Assembly: GCA_947305775.1 (NCBI GenBank)
Contig: CAMZEN010000001.1
Span: 3,852-67,851, forward strand
Direction of reading: 5' to 3'
From: an uncultured Verrucomicrobiota bacterium
GTDB lineage: Bacteria; Verrucomicrobiota; Kiritimatiellia; RFP12; UBA1067
DNA: 64,000 bases
A model generated the notes under the pieces. That model searched no databases. It had not been told where the DNA came from and saw only the letters and a list, made by a program, of their open reading frames with translations. Below are positions 1 through 8,952 of the stretch, in pieces; the first letter of the stretch is position 1, and the number at the start of each line of letters is the position of its first letter. The position numbers and the translations under genes were made by a program.

Positions 1-1
1 T

Positions 2-223
2 GCCGCAAAGGCGCGGGAATACGACCTGCTTATTGGCATGGACGATTACAACATAGCCGATTTGCGGAGGCTCGTTTATCCAGAAGACTTGCCGAAGGTC
101 CGCACGCTTCTTTCGTTCGCCGGTTCAGAGCGCTCGATAGCCGACCCTTGGTATACCGGAAACTTCGATGAAACCTACGATGACGTTCTTGAAGGCTGCA
201 CGGCTTTGCTCAAAAGCCTTTAA
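2..223 (+). CDS. Low-molecular-weight protein-tyrosine phosphatase, C-terminal part (5' truncated by window)
   Basis: Frame open from base 2 (AAKAREYDLLIGMDDYN...); C-terminal IADPWYTGNFDETYDDV matches the LMW-PTP DPYY loop. Confidence 0.85.
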   Translation, partial: AAKAREYDLLIGMDDYNIADLRRLVYPEDLPKVRTLLSFAGSERSIADPWYTGNFDETYDDVLEGCTALLKSL

Positions 224-265
224 GCCTTGATGACGCTGCAAAGGATGCAATCAGGAGGAAGAAAG

Positions 266-736
266 ATGCGTCGTATGGATAAGGACGAACTAAAGGCCAA
301 AATAGCCGAGCTCAGCAGAAGGGTGAATGAACTCAAGGCCGATATAAAGGCTTTGAGCGAATTGAAATTGAAGTCTCCGCAGGAACTTAAGGACGCGGCC
401 GAATATTCGGCGCGAGGCTTCAGGGCCGTCCTTTTCGGCGAGAAGGCGTTCAGGACGGATATTGTCGCCTTTGTCATATCGACCATTGTGGCGTTTTTGT
501 TGCCGGTTTCATGGTGTGAGCGTGCGCTTTTGATATATTCTGTCTTCATGGGGCTGGTCGCGGAAATCGCCAACACCGCAATTGAGACTGTAGTTGACCG
601 AATATCGCTTGAGCACAACGAGCTTTCAGGCAAGGCGAAAGATATAGCCTCCAGTCTCGTGGTTGCAGCTTTTGTCGGTGCTGGCATGTGCTGGTGCGCC
701 ATACTTATCGGCCTAGCCATTCGTATGTTCCAATAG
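266..736 (+). CDS. dgkA: Prokaryotic diacylglycerol kinase with N-terminal coiled-coil extension
   Basis: YSARGFRAV..EKAFR, three TM helices, EIANTAIETVVDRIS..HNELSGKAKDIASS. Start placed at ATG 266, after AGGAGG at 253. Confidence 0.85.
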   Translation: MRRMDKDELKAKIAELSRRVNELKADIKALSELKLKSPQELKDAAEYSARGFRAVLFGEKAFRTDIVAFVISTIVAFLLPVSWCERALLIYSVFMGLVAEIANTAIETVVDRISLEHNELSGKAKDIASSLVVAAFVGAGMCWCAILIGLAIRMFQ

Positions 737-745
737 ACCATTCAA

Positions 746-1546
746 ATGGAGGGTCTAGCCGATTTCGAGTGTCGAGGGTGCGGTGCGTGTTGCCGCATCA
801 AGGATGGAATTGTCCGTGTTTCGGACTCGGAGATAGCACGAATCTCGGCATTCCTAGGCATTCCCGAGGCGGACTTCATCGATCGCGAGACTGAAGTCGC
901 ACCCGACAGGAGAGGATTGATTCTGAAGAGCAGACCTGATGGTGCATGTGCTTGGCTGACAGACGACAACCGTTGCCGGATACATCCCGTAAAGCCCGAC
1001 AAGTGCCGAAGCTTTCCGTATGAATGGACAAATCCAGACTCATCGCAGGTTTGCGCCGGACTAAAAGAATGCAGCCGTTCGGACGGGCTGCGATTCTCAA
1101 TAGTTCTTCTTCGCCCGGAGATACCGCACAACACTGGCGCGATTGGGCGGCTATGTGTTGGGCTAGGCGTTCCTCTTCATCTCATAAAGCCGCTTGGTTT
1201 TGCGCTTGACGACCGTTCGATCGCCCGTGCGGGACTCGATTATTGGCCGCATCTTGACGTTACGCTTCACGACACGTGGGATGACTACCTTGCCGCCGAG
1301 AAGCCGAAGAGACTCCATTTCCTCTCGACTCATGGCGAGAAGTCGCTCTATGATTGCCGTTTCAGTCCAGGCGACGCGCTTGTGTTCGGAAATGAGTCGT
1401 CCGGCTTGCCAAAGGACTTCTACGAACGCTACAAATCTTCGTTATATCGCATTCCCATGCCGGGCGAACATGCGCGCAGCATCAATCTAGCCAATGCGGT
1501 GTCAATCGCCGCTTATGAGTGTTTTCGACAGCTGAAACCAGTATGA
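746..1546 (+). CDS. trmL: Fusion: YkgJ-family CxxCxxCC domain + tRNA (cytidine/uridine34-2'-O)-methyltransferase TrmL (SPOUT)
   Basis: N-half CRGCGACC...CAWL..DNRCRIHPVKPDKCRSFP; C-half IVLLRPEIPHNTGAIGRLC, RAGLDYW, VFGNESSGLP, RSINLANAV. Single uninterrupted frame. Confidence 0.85.
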   Translation: MEGLADFECRGCGACCRIKDGIVRVSDSEIARISAFLGIPEADFIDRETEVAPDRRGLILKSRPDGACAWLTDDNRCRIHPVKPDKCRSFPYEWTNPDSSQVCAGLKECSRSDGLRFSIVLLRPEIPHNTGAIGRLCVGLGVPLHLIKPLGFALDDRSIARAGLDYWPHLDVTLHDTWDDYLAAEKPKRLHFLSTHGEKSLYDCRFSPGDALVFGNESSGLPKDFYERYKSSLYRIPMPGEHARSINLANAVSIAAYECFRQLKPV

Positions 1547-2502
1547 AAAATGTCATTAGATTCCTGAAGGGGCAGGCATTTGGGCTTGCGATACTATCTT
1601 GTGCCGCCGTCGCTCTCTTGTGGCCAGGCGCGTTCACTTCGTGGGGCGGGGTGCGTCTGGTCAAGCTGGTGGTGCCGGCGATCCAGCTCATAATGTTCGG
1701 AATGGGTACGACCCTCTCCATGAAGGACTTTCTCGCGGTTGTCCGTACACCGTGGGCGGTTGCGGTTGGCGTTGTGCTTCAGTTTGTTGTAATGCCGCTT
1801 GTCGGATGGCTCCTTGCCGCCATGTTCGGCTTTTCTGGTGAACTTGCCGCCGGTTTCGTGCTTGTGGGGTCGGTCGCCGGTGGCACGGCTTCGAATGTCG
1901 TTGCCTACCTTGCCAAGGCAAATGTCGCGCTTTCGGTTACGATGACATGCTGCTCTACTATGCTGTCGCCGTTTGTAACGCCGCTTCTGATGAAGCTCCT
2001 TGCCGGACGGTTCGTTGAGGTCGACGCCATGATGCTTATGGTGGAATCGATGAAGATCGTGCTCGTTCCTGTAATCGCTGGCGGACTCGTCCGTTGCGCT
2101 TTCAGGCGGATATTTGATGCGCACGGCACGACATGCGAACGAATCCTTACGGTAGTCTCCATGTCGGGCATTTGCTGGACGATTCTTGCGCTGACGGCGG
2201 CCGGGCACGATACATTCCGCAAGGCGGGCGTTTTCATTGTTGCGGCGGCGATTCTGCACAATGTAACGGGCTATACGTTGGGATATTGGCTTACGCGTCT
2301 TTTGGGACGTGTTCTGCCGTTTGGCGAAAGCGAGGCCAGGACTGTGGCCATAGAGGTCGGAATGCAGAATAGTGGAATGGCTGCGGCGCTATCGATAAGC
2401 GTTCTCGGCAGTGCGATTGCTGCGTTGCCCGCTAACGTATTTTCCATATGGATGGATTTCTCCGGCTCGGTCCTCGCCAGCTTCTGGAGCCGAAGGAAGT
2501 AA
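1543..2502 (+). CDS. Bile acid:sodium symporter (BASS) family transporter
   Basis: IMFGMGTTL, GGTASNVVAYLAKANVALSVTMT, IEVGMQNSGMA motifs; about 9 TM segments; ATGA overlap with the trmL stop. Confidence 0.9.
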   Translation: MKNVIRFLKGQAFGLAILSCAAVALLWPGAFTSWGGVRLVKLVVPAIQLIMFGMGTTLSMKDFLAVVRTPWAVAVGVVLQFVVMPLVGWLLAAMFGFSGELAAGFVLVGSVAGGTASNVVAYLAKANVALSVTMTCCSTMLSPFVTPLLMKLLAGRFVEVDAMMLMVESMKIVLVPVIAGGLVRCAFRRIFDAHGTTCERILTVVSMSGICWTILALTAAGHDTFRKAGVFIVAAAILHNVTGYTLGYWLTRLLGRVLPFGESEARTVAIEVGMQNSGMAAALSISVLGSAIAALPANVFSIWMDFSGSVLASFWSRRK

Positions 2503-2525
2503 AACATGCGCATCGACCCGTCTGC

Positions 2526-3650
2526 ATGAAGCGGCTTGTTCTAGGCTTTGTGAGCCTGCTTTTGGGCGGCGGCGGCATTTGGCTCTCGTTTACGGGCAGG
2601 TTCGAGGAAGATGTTGAATCGGTCCCCGACTACGATTATCTTCAAGAGATAATGGGGCTGGAGTCCGAAGGTCGTCTTAACGAGGCCGAGCATCTGGCCG
2701 ACTGGGTACTGAATGGCGACAATGTGCCTGCTTACGCAGAAGTGCAGGATGTGCGAGACAGGATACGCGTAAGGCGCACATCATTCTGGAGCCGGGCATA
2801 CCGCGCAGGAAGAGGATTTGTTGTGGGTGACGGCGTAAGTATGGAGGAGTTGGGCGGCGCAGTCGTATCCGATTTCCTCTTGTGGGGTGACATCCGCGAC
2901 TTGGTGAAGCAGGGGTACCGTAAGGCGACAGGCAGGAATGCGGACCCGGTGGTTGCGGCGCTTGCCGCGGTTGGCGTTGCCACGTCGGTGGTGTCGTATA
3001 TTCCGGATGCCGGCGAAGGAGTGGAGGTTTCGGCGGACGCTTCCCTGTCGCTATTAAAGACGCTTCGCAAGACAGGTAATCTTTCCGGTAAGTTCTGCGG
3101 CGTACTTGTGGAAGCCTGCAAAAGCTCGATAAAGGCTAAAGAGGTTTCTTCTACGCTGAAGGATATTTTTGTCGGCATTAAAAGGCTTTTCGAAAGTGCC
3201 GGAGCGGCGCGCGGGGCAGCCATGATGAAACACATAGACGATGTCGATTCGCTAACGGCCGTTTCTAAGATGTCCAGCCTTGCTGCGGAGCCGACGGCCA
3301 TACTTGTGAGAACGCACGGCGCAAAAGGTGTTGAGGCTGTTCGCCGCCTTGCCAAGTCGGAGGATGGGGCAAAGGCTCTTGAAAAGTCAGCCAGGAAGGG
3401 TCCAAAGGCGTTAGACAAATTCATTTCTGACGCTAAGTTCGCCGCCCGTGGAGCCAAATCATTTAGGCTAGAGCATCCGCAGAAGTTGGCAATGGCCTTG
3501 ATCAAGCTTATTGGACGCGTTAAGATGGCCATTGTTTCGGGGATTCTCATGCTTTTGGGACTCTGGCGGCTGAAAGCACTGTTTTCGCGAGCTTTTCGCC
3601 GTAGAATTGGATTATTCGTGCATAAGCATAATAAAGAAATGGCCAAGTGA
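2526..3650 (+). CDS. Hypothetical membrane-anchored protein
   Basis: 374-aa ORF from ATG 2526; N-terminal hydrophobic segment, central SDFLLWGDIRDL and Ala-rich hydrophobic hairpin, C-terminal TM. Confidence 0.7.
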   Translation: MKRLVLGFVSLLLGGGGIWLSFTGRFEEDVESVPDYDYLQEIMGLESEGRLNEAEHLADWVLNGDNVPAYAEVQDVRDRIRVRRTSFWSRAYRAGRGFVVGDGVSMEELGGAVVSDFLLWGDIRDLVKQGYRKATGRNADPVVAALAAVGVATSVVSYIPDAGEGVEVSADASLSLLKTLRKTGNLSGKFCGVLVEACKSSIKAKEVSSTLKDIFVGIKRLFESAGAARGAAMMKHIDDVDSLTAVSKMSSLAAEPTAILVRTHGAKGVEAVRRLAKSEDGAKALEKSARKGPKALDKFISDAKFAARGAKSFRLEHPQKLAMALIKLIGRVKMAIVSGILMLLGLWRLKALFSRAFRRRIGLFVHKHNKEMAK

Positions 3651-4010
3651 GCCGTTTCTTGTCTTGTGCTGGTTAGCTTTCTTCACAAGATTGTGCAATT
3701 TCCGTTTGCAATGTGGCAGAAGTTTGCGCATTTTTCGAACGGCAGATAGGACTTTGTTTGATGTTTACAGGAGTTAAGCGCATTTTGAGAAGTGGTTTGG
3801 CGTTGTCAGAAGCTCCAGGTTTCAAATAACTGCCCTATTACAGGTGCTTCGCGAAGTCGGGGAAAAGCGGATAGGCGTCAAATTCGTCTAGGACGGTTGT
3901 CTGGCGGACGAGCGGAACTGCGGGACCTTGTTTAGTTGCTTGTTGAGCCACATGATTTTCATTTCTTTAGTTGTTGCCATTTGTAATGGATAAACTCCAT
4001 AATAGGGTAC

Positions 4011-4039
4011 TTGCGCGTTTTAGCCAAATTTGGTATCAT
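4011..4039 (+). promoter_or_regulatory. Sigma70-type promoter of rplM-rpsI
   Basis: TTGCGC(4011-16)-17 bp-TATCAT(4034-39), with TG extension. Confidence 0.65.
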
Positions 4040-4161
4040 ATACATCCAACGCGAAATCGGGGGCTAACCGGTTTCGGTCGTTGTGGCGCGGTGCTACAGC
4101 GGCATTGCGGACAAAACCCTGGAGAATGGGCACAAATCCGAAAGAAAAGAAGGAAAATAAA

Positions 4162-4593
4162 ATGCAGAAGAGCTACAGAGCTCCGAACCCGGGCGAGAAC
4201 CGTTCGTGGTTCCTCGTCGATGCGAAGGATCAGCCTCTAGGCCGCCTCGCAGTCGTGATAGCGAACAAACTCCGCGCCAAGGACCTTCCGACGTTTGATC
4301 CGTCGGTTGACGCCGGTGCGTTTGTGGTGGTCGTCAACGCGGCGTCCGTCAAACTGACGGGCAAGAAGGAAGAACAGAAGGAATATCAGCGTTACAGCGG
4401 CTACCGTGACGGTCTTAAGCGTTTCAGCGCCGCCACCATGCGTGCGCAGCATCCTGACCGCATGATCAAGGAGGCGGTCTGGGGAATGCTCCCGAAGAAC
4501 AACATCGCCCGCAAGATGATGACCCGTCTCAAAGTCTTTGCCGGAGCCGAACACACCCACGCCGCGCAGAAGCCGGTCGAGATCAAGCTCTAA
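4162..4593 (+). CDS. rplM: 50S ribosomal protein L13
   Basis: WFLVDAKDQPLGRLA, DAGAFVVVVNA, GMLPKNNIARK; upstream of rpsI. Confidence 0.98.
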   Translation: MQKSYRAPNPGENRSWFLVDAKDQPLGRLAVVIANKLRAKDLPTFDPSVDAGAFVVVVNAASVKLTGKKEEQKEYQRYSGYRDGLKRFSAATMRAQHPDRMIKEAVWGMLPKNNIARKMMTRLKVFAGAEHTHAAQKPVEIKL

Positions 4594-4608
4594 GGAGGAT
4601 TTACTGAA

Positions 4609-5010
4609 ATGGCTACCAAGAAGGCAATCTCCGCCGGAACCGGCCGTCGCAAGACCGCGACAGCCCGTGTGAATCTCGTCGAAGGAACGGGAGTTTGGAC
4701 CGTCAACAAGGTTGCGCTCGAGGACTACATCCAGAGCGAGGCCCTGCGCGACTACCTCAAGCAGCCCGTCGCCATATGCGGCTACGACATGTCCAAGGTT
4801 GACGTCGTTGCGTTCGCCAAGGGCGGCGGCATCGCCGGCCAGGCTGGCGCCATCCGCCACGGTCTCGCCCGTGCGCTCGTCGAAGCTGACGAGACCACGC
4901 GCGCGGCCCTCAAGAAGGCCGGTTGCATGACGCGCGACAGCCGCATGAAGGAGCGTAAGAAACCCGGCCAGCCCGGTGCACGCAAGCGCTTCCAGTTCTC
5001 GAAGCGTTAA
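4609..5010 (+). CDS. rpsI: 30S ribosomal protein S9
   Basis: GTGRRKTATARV, GGGIAGQAGAIRHG, ERKKPGQPGARKRFQFSKR. Confidence 0.98.
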   Translation: MATKKAISAGTGRRKTATARVNLVEGTGVWTVNKVALEDYIQSEALRDYLKQPVAICGYDMSKVDVVAFAKGGGIAGQAGAIRHGLARALVEADETTRAALKKAGCMTRDSRMKERKKPGQPGARKRFQFSKR

Positions 5011-5015
5011 TGCCG

Positions 5016-5077
5016 AAAAACCAACGCTTGCCGGAGCACGGACGTATTCAGCCCGATGTCTCCGGCTTGCGGTTTTT
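5016..5077 (+). terminator. Imperfect hairpin with flanking A/T tracts (probable intrinsic terminator)
   Basis: AAAAACC..GCCGGAG(5030-36)/CTCCGGC(5060-66)..GGTTTTT directly after the rpsI stop. Confidence 0.55.
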
Positions 5078-5089
5078 GTTATCTACAAT

Positions 5090-7000
5090 ATGGCATTTGG
5101 ATTTCTCAAAAAGATCGCCCAGCTGTTCAAGGGCGGAAAATCGCCTGCCGAGCGCCAGAAAAGTCAGGGCGGAAAGTCGCAGCGTGGCAAGGGCGGCAAT
5201 GGTCGAGGCAAAGGCGACGGGCAGCAGAAGTCGCAGAAGCAGACGCAGCAGCATAAGAAGCCGCAGGGCTCGCAGCGGCAGGGTGGTCAACAGCAGGGTG
5301 GCGGCGACCAGCCCAAGCGCGGTGATCGCCAGCAGAGGGGCGGACAGCGCGGTGAGCGTCGTCGCGAAGACCGCAACCGCTTTCGTGACAGGGATCGTGG
5401 TCGGCACAATGCATCGTCGGTAAATACGGCGGCAGACCAGGTGCGCCCTGGCGGAGTCGTCTCTGAAGCCGAGATGGCCGCACGCAAGGCTGCGCACGAG
5501 GCGTGGTCCATTGATTCTTTTGTGGTCGATCCTGTCGAAGGCAAGAAGCGTTTTCATGATTTGGATCTTCCGTCCGAGGTGATGCATGGCATCGCAGACC
5601 TTGGTTTCAAGTATTGCACCGAGATTCAGGCGCTTTCTCTTGAACAGGCGCTTTCCGGCAAGAACATCGCCGGCAAGGCTCAGACCGGAAGCGGCAAGAC
5701 CGCGGCATTTCTCGTGGCGATACTCACACGCTACCTTCGCACGCCTGAGCATCGCGCAAAGACGGGCGGCACTCCGCGTGCGCTGGTCATTGCGCCCACG
5801 CGCGAGCTGGTCATCCAGATATGCAAGGACGCCGACGCCATAGGCAAGTATTGCGGACTAAGGTCTCTAGCGATATATGGCGGCATGGACTACGATCGTC
5901 AGCGCAAGGAAGTGTCTGACGCGCCAGTAGACCTTTTGGTGGCGACGCCCGGACGCCTTTTGGACTTTGTGAAGTCCCGCGTCATAAACCTGTCCAATGT
6001 CGACACGCTTGTCATAGATGAGGCCGACAGGATGCTCGACATGGGCTTCATTCCTGACGTGCGTCGGATAATGAGCTATCTGCCGCCAAAGGACAAGCGT
6101 GCCACGATGCTCTATTCGGCGACGCTGAACGACACTGTGATGCGCCTCGCCATGAACTGGATGGAAGAGCCCTACAAGGCCGAAGTCGAGAGCGAGACCA
6201 ACGCAACCGATACGGTGAAGCAGGTGATTTACATCGTCCGTTCGTCAGACAAGTTCAAGGTGCTCTACAATCACATTGCGCTGCATCCTGATGCGCGCAC
6301 CATTGTGTTCTGCAACCGCAAGTCCACAACGGAAGACGTGTACGAATCGCTGAAGGTTCGCGGCGTGGCCGTAGAGATGCTTTCGGGCGACGTGCACCAG
6401 AGCAAGAGGCTCAAGGTTCTTGATGCTTTCCGTGACGGAGAGATCAAGATCGTCGTCGCTACGGACGTTGCGGGGCGCGGAATCCACGTGGATGATATTG
6501 AATACGTGATCAACTTCGATTTCCCGTACGAAGCCGAAGACTATGTCCATCGTATAGGGCGTACCGGACGCGCCGGCAACACCGGCATCGCAATAAGCTT
6601 TGCCGATGAGGACGAGTCGTTTGCGATTCCGGAGATTGAGGAATACATAAAGGAACCTCTGAAGTGCACGATGATCCGTGAAGATGATCCGCTTCTGAAA
6701 CCTATTCCTCCGCGTGGCTCCAAGCTGGGAGAAATCGATGAAACCGCCGCTGCCGCGGTAGACGCCCGTGAGGCTGTCGGCGAGGAGCACAAGGCCGCCG
6801 CCGCCGCGTTGACAGGCGTTTCAGCCGCCAATGCGGTAACCGGCACCGGGGCGCCTGCAGTTTTGAGGGAAGACTACCCAGTTCGCGAGCTTCCAAAGTT
6901 CGAGCATGCGCTAGACCCGCAAAACCCTCCTCCGGACGAGAGCGACATATATTCGAAACCGGTCGAACAGACATCTAAAACCGAAGAGTTCACCCTGTAG
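5090..7000 (+). CDS. DEAD-box RNA helicase (RhlB-like) with N- and C-terminal low-complexity tails
   Basis: AQTGSGKT, PTREL, TPGRLLD, DEAD, SAT, ATDVAGRGIHV, YVHRIGRTGRAG. Start ATG 5090. Confidence 0.92.
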   Translation: MAFGFLKKIAQLFKGGKSPAERQKSQGGKSQRGKGGNGRGKGDGQQKSQKQTQQHKKPQGSQRQGGQQQGGGDQPKRGDRQQRGGQRGERRREDRNRFRDRDRGRHNASSVNTAADQVRPGGVVSEAEMAARKAAHEAWSIDSFVVDPVEGKKRFHDLDLPSEVMHGIADLGFKYCTEIQALSLEQALSGKNIAGKAQTGSGKTAAFLVAILTRYLRTPEHRAKTGGTPRALVIAPTRELVIQICKDADAIGKYCGLRSLAIYGGMDYDRQRKEVSDAPVDLLVATPGRLLDFVKSRVINLSNVDTLVIDEADRMLDMGFIPDVRRIMSYLPPKDKRATMLYSATLNDTVMRLAMNWMEEPYKAEVESETNATDTVKQVIYIVRSSDKFKVLYNHIALHPDARTIVFCNRKSTTEDVYESLKVRGVAVEMLSGDVHQSKRLKVLDAFRDGEIKIVVATDVAGRGIHVDDIEYVINFDFPYEAEDYVHRIGRTGRAGNTGIAISFADEDESFAIPEIEEYIKEPLKCTMIREDDPLLKPIPPRGSKLGEIDETAAAAVDAREAVGEEHKAAAAALTGVSAANAVTGTGAPAVLREDYPVRELPKFEHALDPQNPPPDESDIYSKPVEQTSKTEEFTL

Positions 7001-7023
7001 CCTGTTGCAATAAACAAGAGAAC

Positions 7024-7827
7024 ATGAAGCTATCGGTTGTCATAACGACAAAGAACGAGGCGGCGAACATCGCCGCCTGCGTTCGTTCTTTTGAACAGTT
7101 TGTCAAATGCGGAGATGTTGAAATCATTGTGGTGGACAATGCATCTTCGGACGACACGAAATCAATTGCCGAATCTTTGGGTGCTGCCGTCTACGACAAG
7201 GGTCCGGAGCGTAGCGCCCAGCGCAACCTTGGCTGGCAGAAGGCGAAGGGCGAGTGGGTGCTCATCCTTGACGCCGACATGATAATTCCGCCAGAAACGG
7301 TTGAGGAGATTCTCTCGATCGAGTCCGGTGATGCATATTGGGTGCCAGAGGTCAGGACAGGGGACGGCATACGCGTCAAGGCGCGCAACTTTGAGCGCAG
7401 CTTCTACGATGGTACCTGCATTGATGCTCTAAGGCTGTTTCGCCGCTCTGTTTTGGAGAAGACCGGCGGATACGACGAAAACCTAATAGCGGGACCCGAG
7501 GATTGGGAGCTCGACATTCGTGTTCTCGCTACTGGTGCGAAGTGTGCGGTTCTGAAGCATAACCTCATTCATAATGAGAAGCGCCTCACGTTCAAGCGAA
7601 TGCTTGAGAAGAAGGCCTACTACACAAAGAGTTTTGCCGCGTACCAGGCGAAGTGGAAGGGGCACCCTGCCGTCCGTCGCCAGTTCTCGCCGTTCTATCG
7701 GTTTATTGGCGTCTTTGTCGAGAACGGCAAGTGGCGCAAGGTGCTGAGGCATCCGATTTTGTTTGCGGTGATGATGTTCGAGCGCGTCGCCGTAGGGTTT
7801 GTGTATCTCGTCAACAGGGGGCGGTAG
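7024..7827 (+). CDS. Glycosyltransferase family 2
   Basis: LSVVITTKNE, VVDNASSDDT, LDAD, GGYDENL..PEDWEL. Confidence 0.9.
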   Translation: MKLSVVITTKNEAANIAACVRSFEQFVKCGDVEIIVVDNASSDDTKSIAESLGAAVYDKGPERSAQRNLGWQKAKGEWVLILDADMIIPPETVEEILSIESGDAYWVPEVRTGDGIRVKARNFERSFYDGTCIDALRLFRRSVLEKTGGYDENLIAGPEDWELDIRVLATGAKCAVLKHNLIHNEKRLTFKRMLEKKAYYTKSFAAYQAKWKGHPAVRRQFSPFYRFIGVFVENGKWRKVLRHPILFAVMMFERVAVGFVYLVNRGR

Positions 7828-7944
7828 TGTCCGACGGCGACTACGAACGGCGCGGACCCCGCGAGGCGGAGATCAGTCGTCTTGGACGCATCATTGCGGG
7901 AATACGCGCGAACTGCAGTAATCCATCCAAAGGAGAAAAGAAAA

Positions 7945-8952
7945 ATGAAGAAAGCTCTGATAACTGGCATAACGGGACAGGACGGCAGCTATCTTGCTGA
8001 GTTTCTGCTTTCCAAGGGCTATGAGGTCCACGGCATCATCCGCCGTGCGTCCACGTTCAACACCGAGCGAATCGACCATCTCTATCAGGATCCGCACATA
8101 AACGGCGTTAAGCTTTTCCTGCACTACGGCGACCTTGCGGACAGCTCCAACCTCATCAAGCTTGTGTATGAAATCCAGCCGGACGAGATATACAACCTTG
8201 CCGCGCAGAGCCATGTGCGCGTCTCATTCGACTCGCCGGAGTTCACCGGCGACGTTGACGCGCTTGGCACGATGCGCCTGTTGGAGGCGATACACCTGAC
8301 GGGCCGCGACAAGCAGACGAAGTTTTACCAGGCTTCGACTTCAGAGCTGTTCGGTCTTGTGCAGGAAGTTCCGCAGAAGGAGACGACTCCTTTCTATCCG
8401 CGCAGCCCATACGCAGTCGCCAAGCTGTACGGATATTGGGCTGTCAGGAACTATCGCGAAGCATATGGGATATTCGCTTCCAACGGCATCCTCTTCAACC
8501 ACGAGTCTCCGCGCCGTGGCGAGACGTTCGTGACGCGCAAGATAACGCGCGCGGTGGGCCGCATCAAGATGGGCCTGCAGGACAAGCTGTACATGGGCAA
8601 CATCAACTCTTTGAGAGACTGGGGCTTTGCTGGCGACTATGTCGAAGGCATGTGGAAGATACTGCAGCACGACAAGCCTGACGAGTTCGTTCTTGCTACC
8701 GGCGAGATGCACTCCGTCAAGGAGTTCCTCGAAGCCGCATTCTCGCGCGTCGGGCTCGATTGGCAGAAGTACGTCGAGTGCGACAGCCGCTACTTGAGGC
8801 CTACGGAAGTCGACCAGCTACTGGGCGACGCCTCCAAGGCGAAACGCGAGCTTGGCTGGGAGCCGAAGGTGAAGTTCCGTGAGCTCGTGGATATGATGGT
8901 GGACGCCGACCTCGAACTGGCCCGCAAGGAAAAGGCTCTCAGGGATGCTTAA
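7945..8952 (+). CDS. gmd: GDP-mannose 4,6-dehydratase
   Basis: [62 protein letters not shown]. Confidence 0.98.
   Translation: MKKALITGITGQDGSYLAEFLLSKGYEVHGIIRRASTFNTERIDHLYQDPHINGVKLFLHYGDLADSSNLIKLVYEIQPDEIYNLAAQSHVRVSFDSPEFTGDVDALGTMRLLEAIHLTGRDKQTKFYQASTSELFGLVQEVPQKETTPFYPRSPYAVAKLYGYWAVRNYREAYGIFASNGILFNHESPRRGETFVTRKITRAVGRIKMGLQDKLYMGNINSLRDWGFAGDYVEGMWKILQHDKPDEFVLATGEMHSVKEFLEAAFSRVGLDWQKYVECDSRYLRPTEVDQLLGDASKAKRELGWEPKVKFRELVDMMVDADLELARKEKALRDA

Noticed and set aside
2-223. LMW-PTP as the Wzb partner of the Wzc kinase
   Set aside because: It lies over 14 kb from the EPS cluster in an unrelated operon; the link cannot be supported from sequence.
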